Source of the DNA: Lama guanicoe
Taxonomy: Eukaryota
DNA length: 64,000 bases
NCBI GenBank assembly: GCA_013239625.1
Contig: MU053365.1
Location: forward strand, 1,150,115 to 1,214,114
Direction of reading: 5' to 3'
Shown one piece after another: positions 1 to 13,964 of the stretch. The number at the start of each line of letters is the position of its first letter. Position 1 is the first letter of the stretch. A program made the translations under genes and the position numbers. The notes beneath the pieces were generated by a model. It had not been told where the DNA came from. It saw only the letters and a program-made list of their open reading frames with translations, and did not search any database.

Positions 1-2860
1 CAGAAGGGGCTAAATAACAAGAACAGGCCAAATGCCCTTAAAACTAAGACCTTGTTAAAGTAATGCCACAGATATCCTTTCTCTCAATTTTACTAAGCTA
101 CAGGAAACACATTGAATCCATCAGTGAAAATGAATACAAGGAAAATTCACACAGTTCACTGCTAGAGAGTAAAGTAAGTGATACTACTGGTATTAACCTA
201 CTTTTTGTGAACACTTATCATACTCGCACTGCAATATGTTTTAAGATTCTTCCTTTTGGCCTTAAGTTATGACTCTATAATTTTGAATAGGCAATGATTT
301 ATGGCATGAATGCCAAGGTTCATGCAACTGCAATAAATTCATACATATTTGAATCTGTAAGATTCACAAGCTCAAACAGCTGATTTTTAAAACATTATGC
401 TTTTTATGAGAAACAAATGGCAACAAAAAAGGCAGAAAACAGATTTTTATTCAAAAAGAAAACCTCTACAGTATGGCTTAAGGACAGCATAGATCCAGTT
501 CAATCTCCAATACTACCAACAACTACAGACTTAGAAAAGTAATTAAATGATGTTTTATGATCACTTTAAAGTACTTCAGCATCAGCAAAGAACAATATAA
601 TGGGTATAAGCGTATTTTTACCTCTTGGTATATTTTATTATATTCCTCTTCTTTAAAGATTGGCAATCCCTGAAGCTAAGGTAAAAATAATAACAGCTAC
701 CATTCATTAGTCACCTGTTTGGGCCAGGTACCCTGCATTACACACATTATTTCTAATTTTCACAACAAACTCTCAAAATTAGTTTATAACTTCCATTTTT
801 AAAATGAAGAAATAAAGGATCAAAGTAACTTGTGCAAGGTCACAAATTTAATGTATTACCAGTTGGCCTGGATATTCATTTCCCAAACATTTTAGACATG
901 TGAGAGCTTAGCCTACTTTGTTGTTACACTCTAAGCAATCTGTTCTTCAATTCTGCCAGGCCCAGAGCGACTCTCCTCTCCAGGTTGGACTGCATCTGGA
1001 ATACCATGTTCAGTCCTGGACATCATACACTCAGAAAAGGGTGACAATTGTCAGGGCCTGGTCAGAGATCAGATGAACCTCTTCCTATGTGCTAAGTTCC
1101 TCACTACTGGTATTGTTCAAAGACCACTTTCCAGGAATGAAAAATCATACAAAACATTTTAAATCATATGAGAGACAGAACTACATGATCTCTAAGGTCC
1201 CTTCTAATGCTGGGCTTCTGTTATTTTACACTTAAATTGCATCTGATACACTTTATGCCAAATACTAAAATTAACTTTCAGATTCAAGTTACTAAGAGAC
1301 ACTTGTAATTTTGAAGAATAAAAAGGGTAGAACAATTTTTATCAGATTTAAGTATCTAATTTTGTCCAGAGGAAGAAGGATCACGTGACCTCTCAAGCTT
1401 CCCTGCCAATTTGTCTCAGGTTACCATTTTCATCTGCAAGAGATGAATCTGTTACTAATAAAAGCCTAATGACATGAGGACAGTCTTTTTTTTTTTAGTG
1501 CTTAAGTGGGAAGAGTATTCATTTTAAATTATACAGGGGAAGAAATAAATTGGTTAAAAGTACTTCACATTTTATGAACTTGTAGTTATTCTTTTCAAAG
1601 AACACAGTATATACATTTTATAAATATTTTGAAAGATTTGAATCAACCTAGGTGAGATGTTTCTCTTAAAATGGAACAGTTTGATTTTGTTGGGTAAAAA
1701 CATCATTTCATAAATTGATTTTTGACTCAACTTACTGCACCAGGTTGGAGGAGTATTTCAGAAATGCAGATATCTTATCTAGACTATCTTTAAAGGTGGC
1801 TTCAGTGTTTGTATAATGTAGTTGTTATAGGTAACTATGGGACAGTTTACATCTGCTATCTTTTTAAGCTCTAAAGCTTAAATCATTAGTTGTTGTTTAT
1901 GACCAACTCCAGCACTCAGTAAACCATTCTTTTAGCTTCACAAAATACCACCTTATCAGATTTCTCTTTCTCCACTCAATTTGACCATGGAGGTATTTTT
2001 AAATAGATTATTTATAGAGGTTTTTTTTTTTTGCTCTTCCCAATGGTAGTAGGTATTATAAATGTTTGTTTTGTACTTGACGAATCCTATATATAGAAAC
2101 ATGAAGAGATTCATACAAGGTCACAGAAGAATTCAGTGGTAGAGTCTGGAATTAAACAGTGAATATAATTTTGTGCTTATATATGTACATCAAATTTTGT
2201 AAGAATAAATTCTGCATGATTTTTAATAGAAGCTTTATCTTTGTAATTCACATATGTCAATTTCTTTGAACCTTCTCCTTGAAAGGACACCACATGCTGT
2301 ACAAAATGAAATGTGTTTATTTGTGGTTAATAATCTCAGGGGCCATCATGTGCTTGATAAACACATTATATACAGAATCACAAAAAGACAAAGATGATGT
2401 GACTTGAAACCTGAGCTTTTTATCATTAAAGCAGATGGGAAAACATCTGGTATATTCCATAACATTAGAGCTACACAGTACTCTGGTTAATGCCACAGAA
2501 GGCATTTATTTCACAATACTGGGTCAGTGACTAAATTTCAAGTGATGTCATTAAGGTAAATTCTGAAAGGTTTAGAGATTTATGAAGTAAAAGTATTCTA
2601 TAAAGAGTAACAAACATTTACAGAATGCCTTAAAACACTGGCTCAGTTCATTCTCACAATTCTTTCTGGTAAATATTTTCATTTTAAACATGAAGACATT
2701 GAAGTTCAGAGGTTATCTTGCCTAAAGCAAAAGGCAGAGTCAGTATTAAAACTCAGGTTTGTCTCACCCCAATACCAATAGATCACTCTACCTCCTAAAC
2801 ATCTAACTATTGTTTTCAAAACAAGGACATTGGGAGGAATAAAATCAAACAGGAACTTAC

Positions 2861-2980
2861 TTGTTGGAAAGAAAAAACTAAACACAGCTTCCGAGACAGA
2901 AGTTTTTTCCAGAGATTGTCCATTAGCAGTTTCATTGCTCCACAGAATAGACTTGCTTGGAGACAATGAATTCAAGAACC
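2861..2980 (-). CDS. FMR1NB: FMR1NB coding exon 2, 120 nt
   Basis: ttttcttaag| acceptor, in frame with the phase-1 end of exon 1; GFLNSLSPSKSILWSNETANGQSLEKTSVSEAVFSFFFPT resembles human NAHGQSLEEDSALEALLNFFFPT; A|gtaagt donor. Confidence 0.88.
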
Positions 2981-3687
2981 CTTAAGAAAAGTGAAATTAT
3001 TAATCCCAGCATATAAGGCATTTATCACTTTCTATGACCTTTTAAAAGTAATTACCTTTGCTTAAATTAAATACGGAAAGTCTAAAAGCTAACAGACATT
3101 ATACTTAAAACTCATAACAACTTAGGTACAACTAATAATCAGAATGTGTTTCTGCTGTGAAACTGAAAAACTGGGTCGTAAGTTTAAAGAAATTAAAAAT
3201 AAATTTTAAAATGCTTAAGCTATAGATTGACATATCTCATTGTTGTGCTGTAAACTAATTTACAATACTGAACTGGCCTATGACGGCCTTGGCATTCAGA
3301 GGCTCAATCAATGAACAACTTGGAAACTGTGTATTCCAACTAAATCAGACCCCATCATAAGAACTCTTGGCAAATATGTTGGCTTCTTTATTTACTGATA
3401 AAAATCAAGGCCTTAGACACTGTAAACCTTCCTTATTCTTCCTCACTACTTCAAAACAACCTGCTTTTAATTTTATCTGCATGATTCCCTCATGTATAAG
3501 AGGAGAAGATATCCATGTTCATTCCCATAACATGGATTTATCCATATTATTAAACATTTTCCAACACTATCTTTGATAACTTCACAGCATCACATTATAT
3601 GGCTCTATTATAAATGAGTTAACAACGCCCCCGTAGAAACACATTTAGGTTGTTTACAATTTATTGATATTATAAAGAACACTGACT

Positions 3688-4020
3688 AGAACTCATAGAT
3701 ACAGAAAACAGATTGGTGGTTATTAGAGGCAGGGGGTGGGGGTAGGGGAGGGAGAAATGGGTGAAAAGGTACAAACTTGCAGTTATCAAATAAATAAGTC
3801 CTGGAATATAATGTACTGCATATTTGAAAACTGCTAAGAGAGCAAATCTTAAAATGTTCCCATCACAAGAAAAAACATTTTGTAACTGTATATGGTGACA
3901 GATGTTAATTAGACTTACTGTGATTTCATTATATAAATATCAAATCATCATGTTGTACACCTGAAACTAATATGTTAGATATCAATGACACTTCAATAAA
4001 AAAAGAAAAAGACAAAAATA
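3688..4020 (+). mobile_element. LINE1 3' end with poly(A), inserted in an older element
   Basis: gaactcatagatacag...catgttgtacacctgaaactaat...aataaaa A-tail; possible TSD taaagaa..ctg. Confidence 0.8.
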
Positions 4021-4481
4021 AAGAATTCTGCAATGATTATCACTGAAGCTATATATTGTAGACATTTATGAAAAATTCCTTAGGATAAATTCTTAAGGAA
4101 TAGTTCTTGATCTTAGCTACATCACCCTCCAGTAAGGCTGCCCCAAGGTGTACATCTAGCAGCAGTGCAGGCAATTGCCAATAGCCTTAGACCCTCACCT
4201 TTTTGTTGTTGTTTGCCAGTTTGATGGTCAAAATAATGGTATCTCTTTTGTTTTAATTCTCATCTTTAGTCATCAGTGAGCTTACCTCTGTCATATATTT
4301 GTTGTGTAGTAAAGAACTTAACCCTTAATTTGCTACATATGTTGCAAATATTTTTCAAGGCAGTATTTATATTTTTTATGATGTCTTGGGAAGTTCAAAA
4401 GTTTTAAATGTTTTACATAAGCAAATGTATCAATCTGTTCCTTTACTGTTTCTGCCTTTCAGGTCATGTGTAAAAAGATAC

Positions 4482-4911
4482 TGTGGACACAGAATGTCAC
4501 CTGCCATTTCAGTAAACAAAGGATGTTGTGGCCAACCAAGTCATTAGCCCCTGCAGCCGCCACAGAAAGTGCACCCCAAGGAGATTCAGGATGGAGAAAA
4601 GCAGGATACTGGCCCTAGAAAGTTAAGATGCATATCAGAGGGATAATTTCAATAAACCCAGACTCTTGCATCTTCCCATATATAGAGAAGCACTAAATTC
4701 ATTAACTTGAGATGTCTGATTTTTCTTTAATTAACAGTAATCTTTTGATGTTTGACTACCTGGGGAGTTTTTAGCTCCTATATATCCTGGCTCCTCCCTT
4801 ACCTCTTTGCAACAGTCCCTCAGATCTATGTGAGAGGCTATAAGTCCTCAGTAAGTCTGCCAAATAAAACATAATTCTCAAATTTTAGGTTATGTATTTT
4901 TTCAGTCGTCA
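4482..4911 (+). mobile_element. Solo ERV LTR (about 430 bp)
   Basis: TG...CA termini, TATA-like at about 4778, AATAAA at 4862-4867; interrupts an old antisense L1. Confidence 0.7.
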
Positions 4912-4919
4912 GTATTCTA

Positions 4920-6900
4920 CATTCTAGTATTTCCTGCTAACACTTTTATAGCTTCACTTTTTAAATTTAAATATTTAATCCACTTCAAATATATTTTGAG
5001 GTATCTTTTGAAGTAGGGTAACATTTTTTCCTGTTCTCTTAATACCATCTATTAAATCCATCCTTTTCTACTTATGGCAACACTATCTACACTATTCTAA
5101 GTCCTTAGTCATAGACCTGTTTTCTTGACTTTCTATTCTGTTCCACTAATCTATCTGCTCATGCACCAATACCAGTCTTATAATTTATATCATTATATGT
5201 TTTAATAACTTATCTGGCAATCCTTTCATTAGTCCTCATTATCAAACTTTTATTCTCAGCTCTGAAAAATGTTTTAGATGAAGCTCAGAATCACTTTGTC
5301 AAATTAAAAAATCCTAACAAAGTTTTATGGTAATTATGTTTACTTATTTAAATTCATTCAAAAAACATTTATTGTGTGCCTCACTGGCTAGGCATGAATT
5401 CACTTAAATGTAGACTCATTTGGAGGGAGCTGATAACATTACAAAACTATCTCACCCAAGAATAGGTCTGCTTCTCCACTCATTCAAGTCTCCTTTATTC
5501 TCCCTGAGTAAGGTTTACAGCTGCATTCATATAGGTCCTCTACCTTTCTTATTACACTTATTCCCATATATTCCCATATTCATATAAACTTTGTTGTTAT
5601 GTGAATACAATTAATTTCACCACATTTTCTAGCTGCTTAAGGCTGGTATGTAAAGAAGCTATTGATTTTGGTTCATGTATTTTCTAACTTATTACTTTAT
5701 TTGACTCTTGGTAGCTCTCAATGTTCTTCAGCTTCACTCCAGATCTATACAACCATGATATCACTAAGTACAGATGGTTCTGTCACCTTTCTTTCTATTA
5801 TTTACAGTTCATCTCTTTTTCTTCTCTCATTGCATTGCCTAGAACTTCTGAAACTATGTTGATTAATAGCTATGATAATGGGCATTCTTGAAACAATTCT
5901 GACTTTAACAGGAATGCACTAGTGTTTTATCATTTATTAAATTAAGGATGTATTCCTCTAGTCCTAGTTTACTACAAATTTTCTGTTGTTATTTTGTTTT
6001 ATTTTTAAGTGATAATGGAAATGGGATTTTATCAAATGCTTTTAATATTTACTGCCATGATCATACTTTCGTCTGCCTCTTAATTGTTAAATATTAATAC
6101 ATTTTCCAACATTAAAATATTCTTATATCCCTGAAATAAAGTCCACAAGTGCTAATGCTTTATGCAGAACTTGTGGATCAACATTCCTAAGTCAAGTGTG
6201 TCTGCAGTTTTCTTTTGTTTGCTATCTCTGTAGGTTTTGGCATGAGAGTTATAAAATAATCTGGGAAGCTTCTCATCTTTTTTCTATACTGAAACAGTTT
6301 AAACAGCATGGAAATATTTGCTCCATTAACGGTTTGGGAAAACTCATCCATAAATAGTCTGAGTCTGTACACTGTGGAGGGGTATAGTTCCCTAAAACTT
6401 TTTACTTCTTCATGCTCCTGAGTCAATTTTTATTTTAGTTTTTCTAGGAAATCATTTGCTTACAAAATAATTATCAGGATGGAATCATAAGAATATTCAC
6501 TTATAATTTTTAAATCTCTTTTATGTCAATGATAATATTCCCTTCTTATTTTAATGAGACCAAATTCCATGCACATATACTTGAATGTGTATTCTCAGCC
6601 TGTAGGGTACTTTATTATAAGACTATGAACTTCATTATACATGTTAAATCAAGATAACTTGTATTATTCAAACGGTCAATATCTTTATTTTTTCTGCCAA
6701 GGACTAAAATACATGTATCACAGTCTCCCATTATGACCGTGGATTTGTCCATTTCTACCTGAATTTGTAAAACCATTTGTTTTATATATTTCAACACTAT
6801 GCATAAATGTTCATTCATTACAGCTTCATGTTTGCTGTATATTACATATCTTGACAATATTAAAAGTAACCCATTTTGTCCTGTTTATTTTCTCCTAACT
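4920..6900 (-). mobile_element. Ancient, highly diverged LINE1 (L1ME-like)
   Basis: T-rich antisense L1 tracts such as ttctattctgttccactaatctat, gctattgattttgg, gtggatttgtccatttct; probably extends left to about 3420. Confidence 0.7.
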
Positions 6901-8809
6901 CCTACTCATTCAACAAATATGTATTTAATGTCTACTATATTCTAGGTTTTGGAGATACATCAGTGAATAAATTAGATAAGCTCCCTGCCCTCATAGAACT
7001 TACAATATAGTGGAGAAAATAGCCAAAAAGATGTAAACTAACAAATTAAATAATTACAAATTGTAATGGGTGCTATGAAGAAAGTTGCTGATACCATACC
7101 AACACAGTATAAGGTAAGGGTCCTACTTTATATAGGGGCTGACTTTTCCGAGATCATATTTCAGCTTAAAAAAAAAAGATTAGAAGTCAGCCATACAAGT
7201 GGCTTAAAAGAGTGCTTCCAGCACAAGGGACAAGAAATGAGATTAATATTACCAGCCATACTTTGCCAGATTAGAGGACTCATTGCCCTACACTATAGAG
7301 AAAAGGAGCTACAGTTGGAAGCAGCCTTTGACAGGACCTGTGTTCTGTACTGACATTTGTTCACTCAGTGCCCTCCTTCCACAACTGACTGTCCTCGTCA
7401 ACACGCCATCTGAAGGAAGTGTTGGCTGGCAATAGCACACTGTGGCCTTAGTTTCAAAACGAGTTTATCTTCTGCAGGGGTTGCGCTCTCTGGAGTCCCT
7501 CTAGGATGGATATTAATCTCCAATTCAGAGTACCCGGGCCTCTGGACCCTCCAGACAGGCTTGGCTTTAGCTGAGGTGAAACACAGGTTGCTGCAACTTT
7601 TCTCAGTAGTGTCTGCCCTGGCCTTCTTTCTATCTTTCTGAAATCCCTCCAAATTTCTGGCATATCAGTGATGATAGCACCCTTCTGGGTTCTCTGGGTT
7701 TTCAACCATTATAGATCATTTGGTCATTTCAACGGGCACTTGAAAAGGAGAAGGCAATTAAACATTTTCTCAGATAAGCACCATTAGTGGCAGCCTAAAC
7801 CAAAAGCCTCCAGCGTGTTTAACCTGCTCTCTGCCACTGGTTTCTTTCCTACTCTGAAAGACAGTTATTTATAAATTAACTTGAGCACTATTTCCTAAGT
7901 ATGGTGTACCATCAGCATTATATGAGTTGATTTTAGCTGGAACACAGTTGAACATTTATAAATGTATTTAATCTTTGCTATTTACTGCATTTATCATAAA
8001 AGTAGAAAAACATATATGACTAGTGTATCAAAACTACCATGACACCAAACAAGGTTGACATCACTCACCATATGGCAAGCCTTTATAAAATCCCCTTGGA
8101 CAGCCCTGTTCTTTCATCCCTAGAAGCAAAGGTCCTTTCCCTTCTTTCCTCTCTCCAAAATCTCCTATCAGCCAGTGCCCAGGTCTTTTGAGTCTTCCTC
8201 TCCACCATACTGAGCACTAGTCTCTTTCCCTTCCCCCATCGTTTTTCACATGCAGAATAATTCCATCCTCTATGCTTCTAATTTGCATCTGTACATTCAT
8301 TAACGAGCTCAGCAAATAAAAGATTAGGAACCAGCTTCCCTAAATGGCAGCAAGAAATGGTAAAGAACCAATTATGTTTCCCTGTCACAAAGAATTTTTA
8401 TTTTTTAATTTCCCTCTTACCAAGAAAACCCCCTGAAAATCTAACTACATTTCAAAGGAAAAATACAACAGACTCAAAGCTGCACTCTTCATGGCATGTG
8501 ACCTGTACGGTCTACAAAACTTGGCTCTTAGAAAGATCTCACACTTGGTTTAATGTTCTGCTATTGCCTTGAAATTCATAATAAACTTTGAACAAGGGAC
8601 CACACATTTTTATTTTGCAAATTATGTTGCTAGCTCTGCTCTGCAGCGAGGTCTCTCAGATAAGGAGCTAGACTAAAGGATGAAGAGACGGAATGTGAAC
8701 AGTGATAGCTAATTGTATCAGCTTGAAGAGGATTCTGCTGCAACTTCAGTAAGTTGAGGGTCTACCTATGCTGCAGTCTTTTCTGGGCCTTGGCCCCAAA
8801 TAGCCCGGA

Positions 8810-8975
8810 ATTTGCATCCTGGCTCTGCCACATACTAGTTGGAGAACTTGGGCAAATCGTAAACTTATCTTTGCCTCAGTTATTCATCTACAAAATGGGG
8901 ATAATATTTATTTTTAAGAATTTTTAAGTATTAAATGACATCATATACAAAGCACTGAGCACAACATAATAAGGG
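8810..8975 (+). mobile_element. MIR SINE
   Basis: tcctggctctgccacatactag...cttgggcaa...gcctcagtt..tcatctacaaaatggggataata core. Confidence 0.75.
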
Positions 8976-9987
8976 TAAATATTTTGTCACATGTCTTTCA
9001 CCATTTCTTGTTATTATTTATCATTTTAAATTGAATAGTATGTTGTTTTCAGAATATTTATTTTTATAAATAATTCTCTTAATAGCAAGTATGACCAGTT
9101 TTCCATTTATAATCATGCTACAGTTTCCTTTTAAAATAAATACATTTATATAAAAAAGTGAGGCAATTTTAAAGAAAAATATGAATAACAGGTAGCATTA
9201 AGATAACCAGTAGTTGTGAAGGTGTCATACAAATGACTGAGGCAGGAGAAACACCTTTCTAGGGACATCGCCTCAATTTTTCAACAAGATAACCAAAGCC
9301 TAAAGAGGCAAGAGGATTCATCAAAGGTCAAGCAGCAAGTCAGTGACAGAATCATGACAACTTAAGTCTCCTAACTCAGGGGTCCTCCAACTACACCACA
9401 TGCCCAAATGGTTAAAGCAAGACCAAGTTTGGTTCTTGGTGTGGTACAAGGCAGTCAACCAGACTGTCCATCTAGATGCACTGCCTCATACACTCCCCAG
9501 AATAACTGATAAGTGAAGTATTCTAATATAATAATATAGAAACTAATCGCACAGTTTTTGTCTATGGAGCTAAAGCATTCTGAAAATATCATCTATTAGT
9601 CAATCTTTATTTCTCTCTCTCATTTTTAAATCTCCCCAAAAAGGATATGCAATAAGGACTGACCCAATAGGTTACAAAGAATTGGTGGAAGGGATGGAAT
9701 TGAATTCCCAGCCCCAATCTGCTAGTCTCTTCATCCTGCAGGCACTAGTCTATATGCCTTATGCATAAAAAATAACCTGAAAAGCAACATCCAAATGACA
9801 ATATAACCTGGAGCTATCCCAGAGTTACTTCAGATCCCTCAACCTCAATTCTCCTTGGTGGCATTAAGTCTAAGAGAACTCAGAAGGGTCTGTCTAGGAA
9901 GAAGAAGGGAAATTTTAGCTCCCAGACCATGTAGCCTGCTTTCACCATAATACTCCAGGCCCATGACCAAATTATTTTACTCCTCAG

Positions 9988-10404
9988 TGTATATTAGTTT
10001 GCTAGGGTCACTACAAGAAAGCACCATAAACTGGTGCCTAAAAACAAAAGAAATTCATTGTTTCAACAGTTCTGGAGGCTAGAAGTCCAAAATCAAGATG
10101 TCAACAGGGTTGGTTCCTTCTGAGGACTGTGACAGAAAGCCTCTCTCTCCTTGGTTTGTAGATGGCTGTCTTCTCCCTGTGTCTATCATATAGTCTTTCC
10201 ACTATGAATGTCTATCTCTGTGTCTAGATTTCCTCTTTTTATAAGGACACCATTCATATCACATTAGGGCCCACCTCACTTTAACTTGATTACCTCTATA
10301 AAGACCTTATCTCCAAATAAGGTCACATTCTGAGGTACTAGGGTACTGGGGGTTAAAAGTCCAACATTTCTTTATTGTGAGGGGACACAATTCAACCCAT
10401 AACA
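9988..10404 (+). mobile_element. MaLR LTR (MLT1A-like)
   Basis: tgtatattagtttgctaggg...ttctggaggctagaagtccaaaatcaag...tctccaaataaggtcacattctgaggtact...acaattcaacccataaca. Confidence 0.85.
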
Positions 10405-11059
10405 CAATGCATTTATTTACATAAATTAAGTTAAATCATTTTAAATGCAAAATTATATTTAATCCATCCAGTCACATATTACCTCCTGGGAATCTGGGAA
10501 ATCTGACAACATAAAGAATGAATCATGGATTATTTTAGGAGAAAAGATGTTAAACCTATATTGGAAAAAGTCCTCATGGAAATAAAGAAATCACACTGAA
10601 TAACAGTATTCTCTTTTTGTAAAAGTTCTACTCAAAATAAAAGTAGAAAATGAACTCGGGGACTAACAAAAATAATGTACAATTTATAGTTTCGCTTTTT
10701 AACTGACTTTTTCAGAGAATGAAAAAAGCACTCAGTTTGCAAGGTTCTCAATTGTATTTGTAACTAACATTTACAAATACAATAGAAGTAAGGCAGAAAT
10801 GCTTTGTATTTTAGATGAATAATATGAAAAAATAAATAATTTGAAGTAATGATTCATAAACAATCATTTAAAAAGCATATTAAAATATTTTTCAAAAGGC
10901 AGGAATCATATTTAACTTATTTAAAACAGTTGATAAAAGAATGCATAACATATACTTTATTTAATGTCCAATTTCATCCCCAAGCAATTGTGACATAGTA
11001 TATAGTGGTCCCTGTTCCTTTTACTTACAATGCCTCTGTCCAATTTTTGCCTCCTTCTT

Positions 11060-12430
11060 TGTGGGAGGACATTGGTTGAGGACATGGAAGGCCTCTGGGG
11101 AGGGCAGGGAGAGAGAAGTCATTGAGATTAGAAGTGGGGATGGTGGAAGGTCTTTAGGCTTGAAGCTGGAGCTTGAGGTGAGGAGGAATACTATGGGAAA
11201 CCCAAGGCCTTTATGCAGACAAGGAGATAGAATACCATTGGGAGGGGGCGGGGAGGGGGCAAGCCAAGGGCGGTTAAGGTAGAGAAGGCCCTTTTGAGAA
11301 GGCTCTCTTGGAGCTAAGGAGAGAAGGCTGTGGGGAATGGAAAATATCTGAGTCAAGGGTAAGAAAGATTTGGAGGAGGAGGTGGGAAAGAGGTTGAGTG
11401 AGGAAAGTGAGGCAGCAAGACCACTGAGCAGAAGGAGGAGACTTCTGAGGAAGGAGAGAGTACCTTTGGGCGGGGAGGGAGGAGGAACCTGTGAGTGGAG
11501 AGAATGGGGGGGGCCTCTGTAGGGCTGAAGCAGGCCTCTGAGAGGAGGGTGAGCAAAGGCCCCGAGGAGGGTACATAAGAAGGGAAGGGAAGGAGTTTGA
11601 CTGATGAAGGGAAGGCCTTTGTGAAGGTAGGTTAGAGAAAGAAGGACAATGTGAGATAAGAGACCGAAGGCATTTTAAAAGGGAGGTGAGGAAGTGAAGA
11701 CCTTGAGTGAGAGGAGTAAAGGGCTTTGTGAAACAAGGAAGAAAGGCTTTTGAGTGAGAGGAGAGAAGGCCTGTAAGGTAATCAAAGGAAAGTCACTGTG
11801 GGGAGGTGAAGAATGAAAGGACCTTGACTGACAGTTAAGAAGAACTTTAGGAGTGTGGTGAGGAAGGGAAGGCAGCTGTGGGAGTGACAGAGGAAAGGGA
11901 TTTGTGAAGTGAAGTGACAGAGGGAAGGTCTTTGTGAGCATAAGTAAAGGAGGAAAGTTCTTTGAGGAAGGAGGTGAGGGAGTTCAGCACTATGTGAGGA
12001 GAGGAAAGTTCCTAATTTGTGTCAGGACTTGAGAGAAGGAGGCCTTTCAGGGAGGAGGTGAAGAAGGGAAATCATTGTGAGGATAGAGGAGGTAGGGAAG
12101 GCAAGTATGAAAGAAGGGAAGGCCTTTGTGAGAGGAAGTGAGCAAGGAAAGGTCTTTGTGAAGGGAGGTGATGGAGAAAGGAATTTGAGAGGTGAGGTAA
12201 GTAAGATGAGGTTAGAGGTGGCAGAGCTTTAAGCGAGGAGGTGATGGAGGTTAGCACTCTGGGTGGTGAAGTGAGGGAGATGAGTCCTATGCAACGGGAG
12301 GTAATGAAAAGGCATTAGGAGAAACGGGGGAGGGAAGCCACTCAGGAGGGACAGAAGGGCATTTGTGCGAGTTGGTGAGGGGATTTAGTAGTTTGTGAAA
12401 GGAGGCTAGGGGAGGAAGACCTTTCAGAGA
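11060..12430 (+). repeat. Purine-rich degenerate tandem-repeat tract
   Basis: About 1.4 kb strongly G/A-skewed on + strand, with a recurring aaggcctttgtgag...ggaggtgagg motif. Confidence 0.75.
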
Positions 12431-12434
12431 AGAC

Positions 12435-13292
12435 CTATAACTCAATAACAAAACCATAAACAATTCAGTTTAAAATAGTCAAATTATTTTGATTTGAATA
12501 GACATTTCTGCAAAGAAGATATACAAATACCCAAAAGCACATAAAAGATACTCAACATCATTAATCATTACGGAAATACTCATGAAAACCACCATAAGAT
12601 ACCACTCCACACGCACTAAGATGGCGATCACCAAAAGGGGGAGGGGCGATAACAAATGTCCACGAAACGGCGATTCTCATACATTGTCAGTAGGAATATA
12701 AAATGGCTCCGCCTCTTGGGAAAAGCTTGGGACTTCCTCAAACAGTTCAACATGGGGTTCCCATACCACCCAGCAATTCCACTCCTACGGATATGCCCAA
12801 GAAAACTGAAAATACATCGACACAAAAACTCCTATATGAATATTCACATTAATAGTACTTATAATAGTCAACAACCAAGAAACAACCCAAATGCCCATCA
12901 ACTGATACATGGATAAACAAAATGCAGCGTATTCATACCACAGAACCGGATTCGGCCATAAAAAGGAATGAAGTACCAATGCACAAGCTACAGCATGCCT
13001 ACATCCCGAAACCATTATGCCAAGTAGAATAAACCCCACACACAGGACAAATACTGCACGTTCCCAATTACAGAAAATCTCCAGAAGAAACCCAGAGAGA
13101 CAGGAAGGAGACCCGCAGGCGCCGGGGGCTGCGACGGGAGGAGTAACTACACTCTTAGTGGGAGTGGGTTTGGATTCGGGGTGACTAGATAGAGGTGGTG
13201 GCAGCTCAACGCTGAAACACAGTAAGTGCCACTGAATTGTTCACAACATAGTCAATTTTAAGTTCCAAGAATTCCACCTCCATTGTTTTTAA
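12435..13292 (+). mobile_element. Old LINE1 (L1M-type) ORF2 3' end and 3' UTR fragment
   Basis: Typical L1 tracts: gatttgaatagacatttc, cccagcaattccactccta, aacaacccaaatgcccatcaactga, gccataaaaaggaatgaagtac. Confidence 0.85.
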
Positions 13293-13575
13293 AAAGACGA
13301 GGGCGGGGGTAGGGTTTTGTGAGGTAAAGTGGGGAGGGAAGGAGGTGCTTTCTGAGGAGAACGGAGGGAAGGGCGGGAAGGCGCTTCTGAAGGGAGAGGA
13401 GGGAGGAGTCAGTCCTCGGACTTCACACTGAGGCAGGAACAAACGGCCCTGGGCAGAAAAGCGGGAAAGTTGGCGAGCACAGAGGCCGCGCAGTCGGGCG
13501 CCCTCCCGGCCCTCACCCCTCTCCCCCCGCCCCCCTGAGGGGGCCCTGGCCCGGCGGCCCGGGGCAGACACTCAC

Positions 13576-13885
13576 CGGGACGCAGGTAGCACAGCAGCAA
13601 GAGCATGGAGAACACCAGCATCCAGACGCGCCTGTAGGCCCACATCTTCACCAAGCAGTGGAGCGTCTCGGCCCCGAGGCCGCGCAGAGACGCCTGCCAG
13701 CCGGCCTGAGGCGCGGCCGCCATGACGGCCTGGTGCTCCGCGCCGCTGCCGCTGGGGCGCGGCCCCGCGGCCGGGTTCTCCGCGCTGCAGCCCGCCTCAG
13801 TGCTGGTCAGCCTGGAGCGCACCCCTCGCTGGCCCCGGGTCTTCGACCGGGTCCTCCCCCTCAACGACTTCCTCTCCGCAGGCAT
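13576..13885 (-). CDS. FMR1NB: FMR1NB (FMR1 neighbor, cancer/testis antigen) coding exon 1, 310 nt
   Basis: ATG in GAGCCATG context; basic N-terminus; MAAAPQAGWQASLR resembles recalled human MADRPQPGWRESLK; hydrophobic segment VWMLVFSMLLLLCYL; phase-1 donor CCG|gtgagt; syntenic position downstream of FMR1. Confidence 0.9.
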
Positions 13886-13964
13886 GGCTCAGGGTTTCTA
13901 CCACGCTGAGGTGCTACCTCACCGATGGCCGCCCAGAACCCAGAATCCCCCGGGCGGTGATGCT

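Noticed and set aside
1..60. FMR1NB exon 3
   Set aside because: The minus strand becomes pyrimidine-rich at the window edge, but I found no Cys-rich exon-3 coding sequence in 1-2860; it probably lies just outside.
1380..1440. cttgcag|ATGAAAATG as a possible FMR1NB exon
   Set aside because: The translation does not resemble the expected next FMR1NB segment; insufficient support.
11021..12257. Pro/Ser/Leu-rich minus-strand ORFs
   Set aside because: Compositional by-product of the pyrimidine-rich strand; no recognisable protein.
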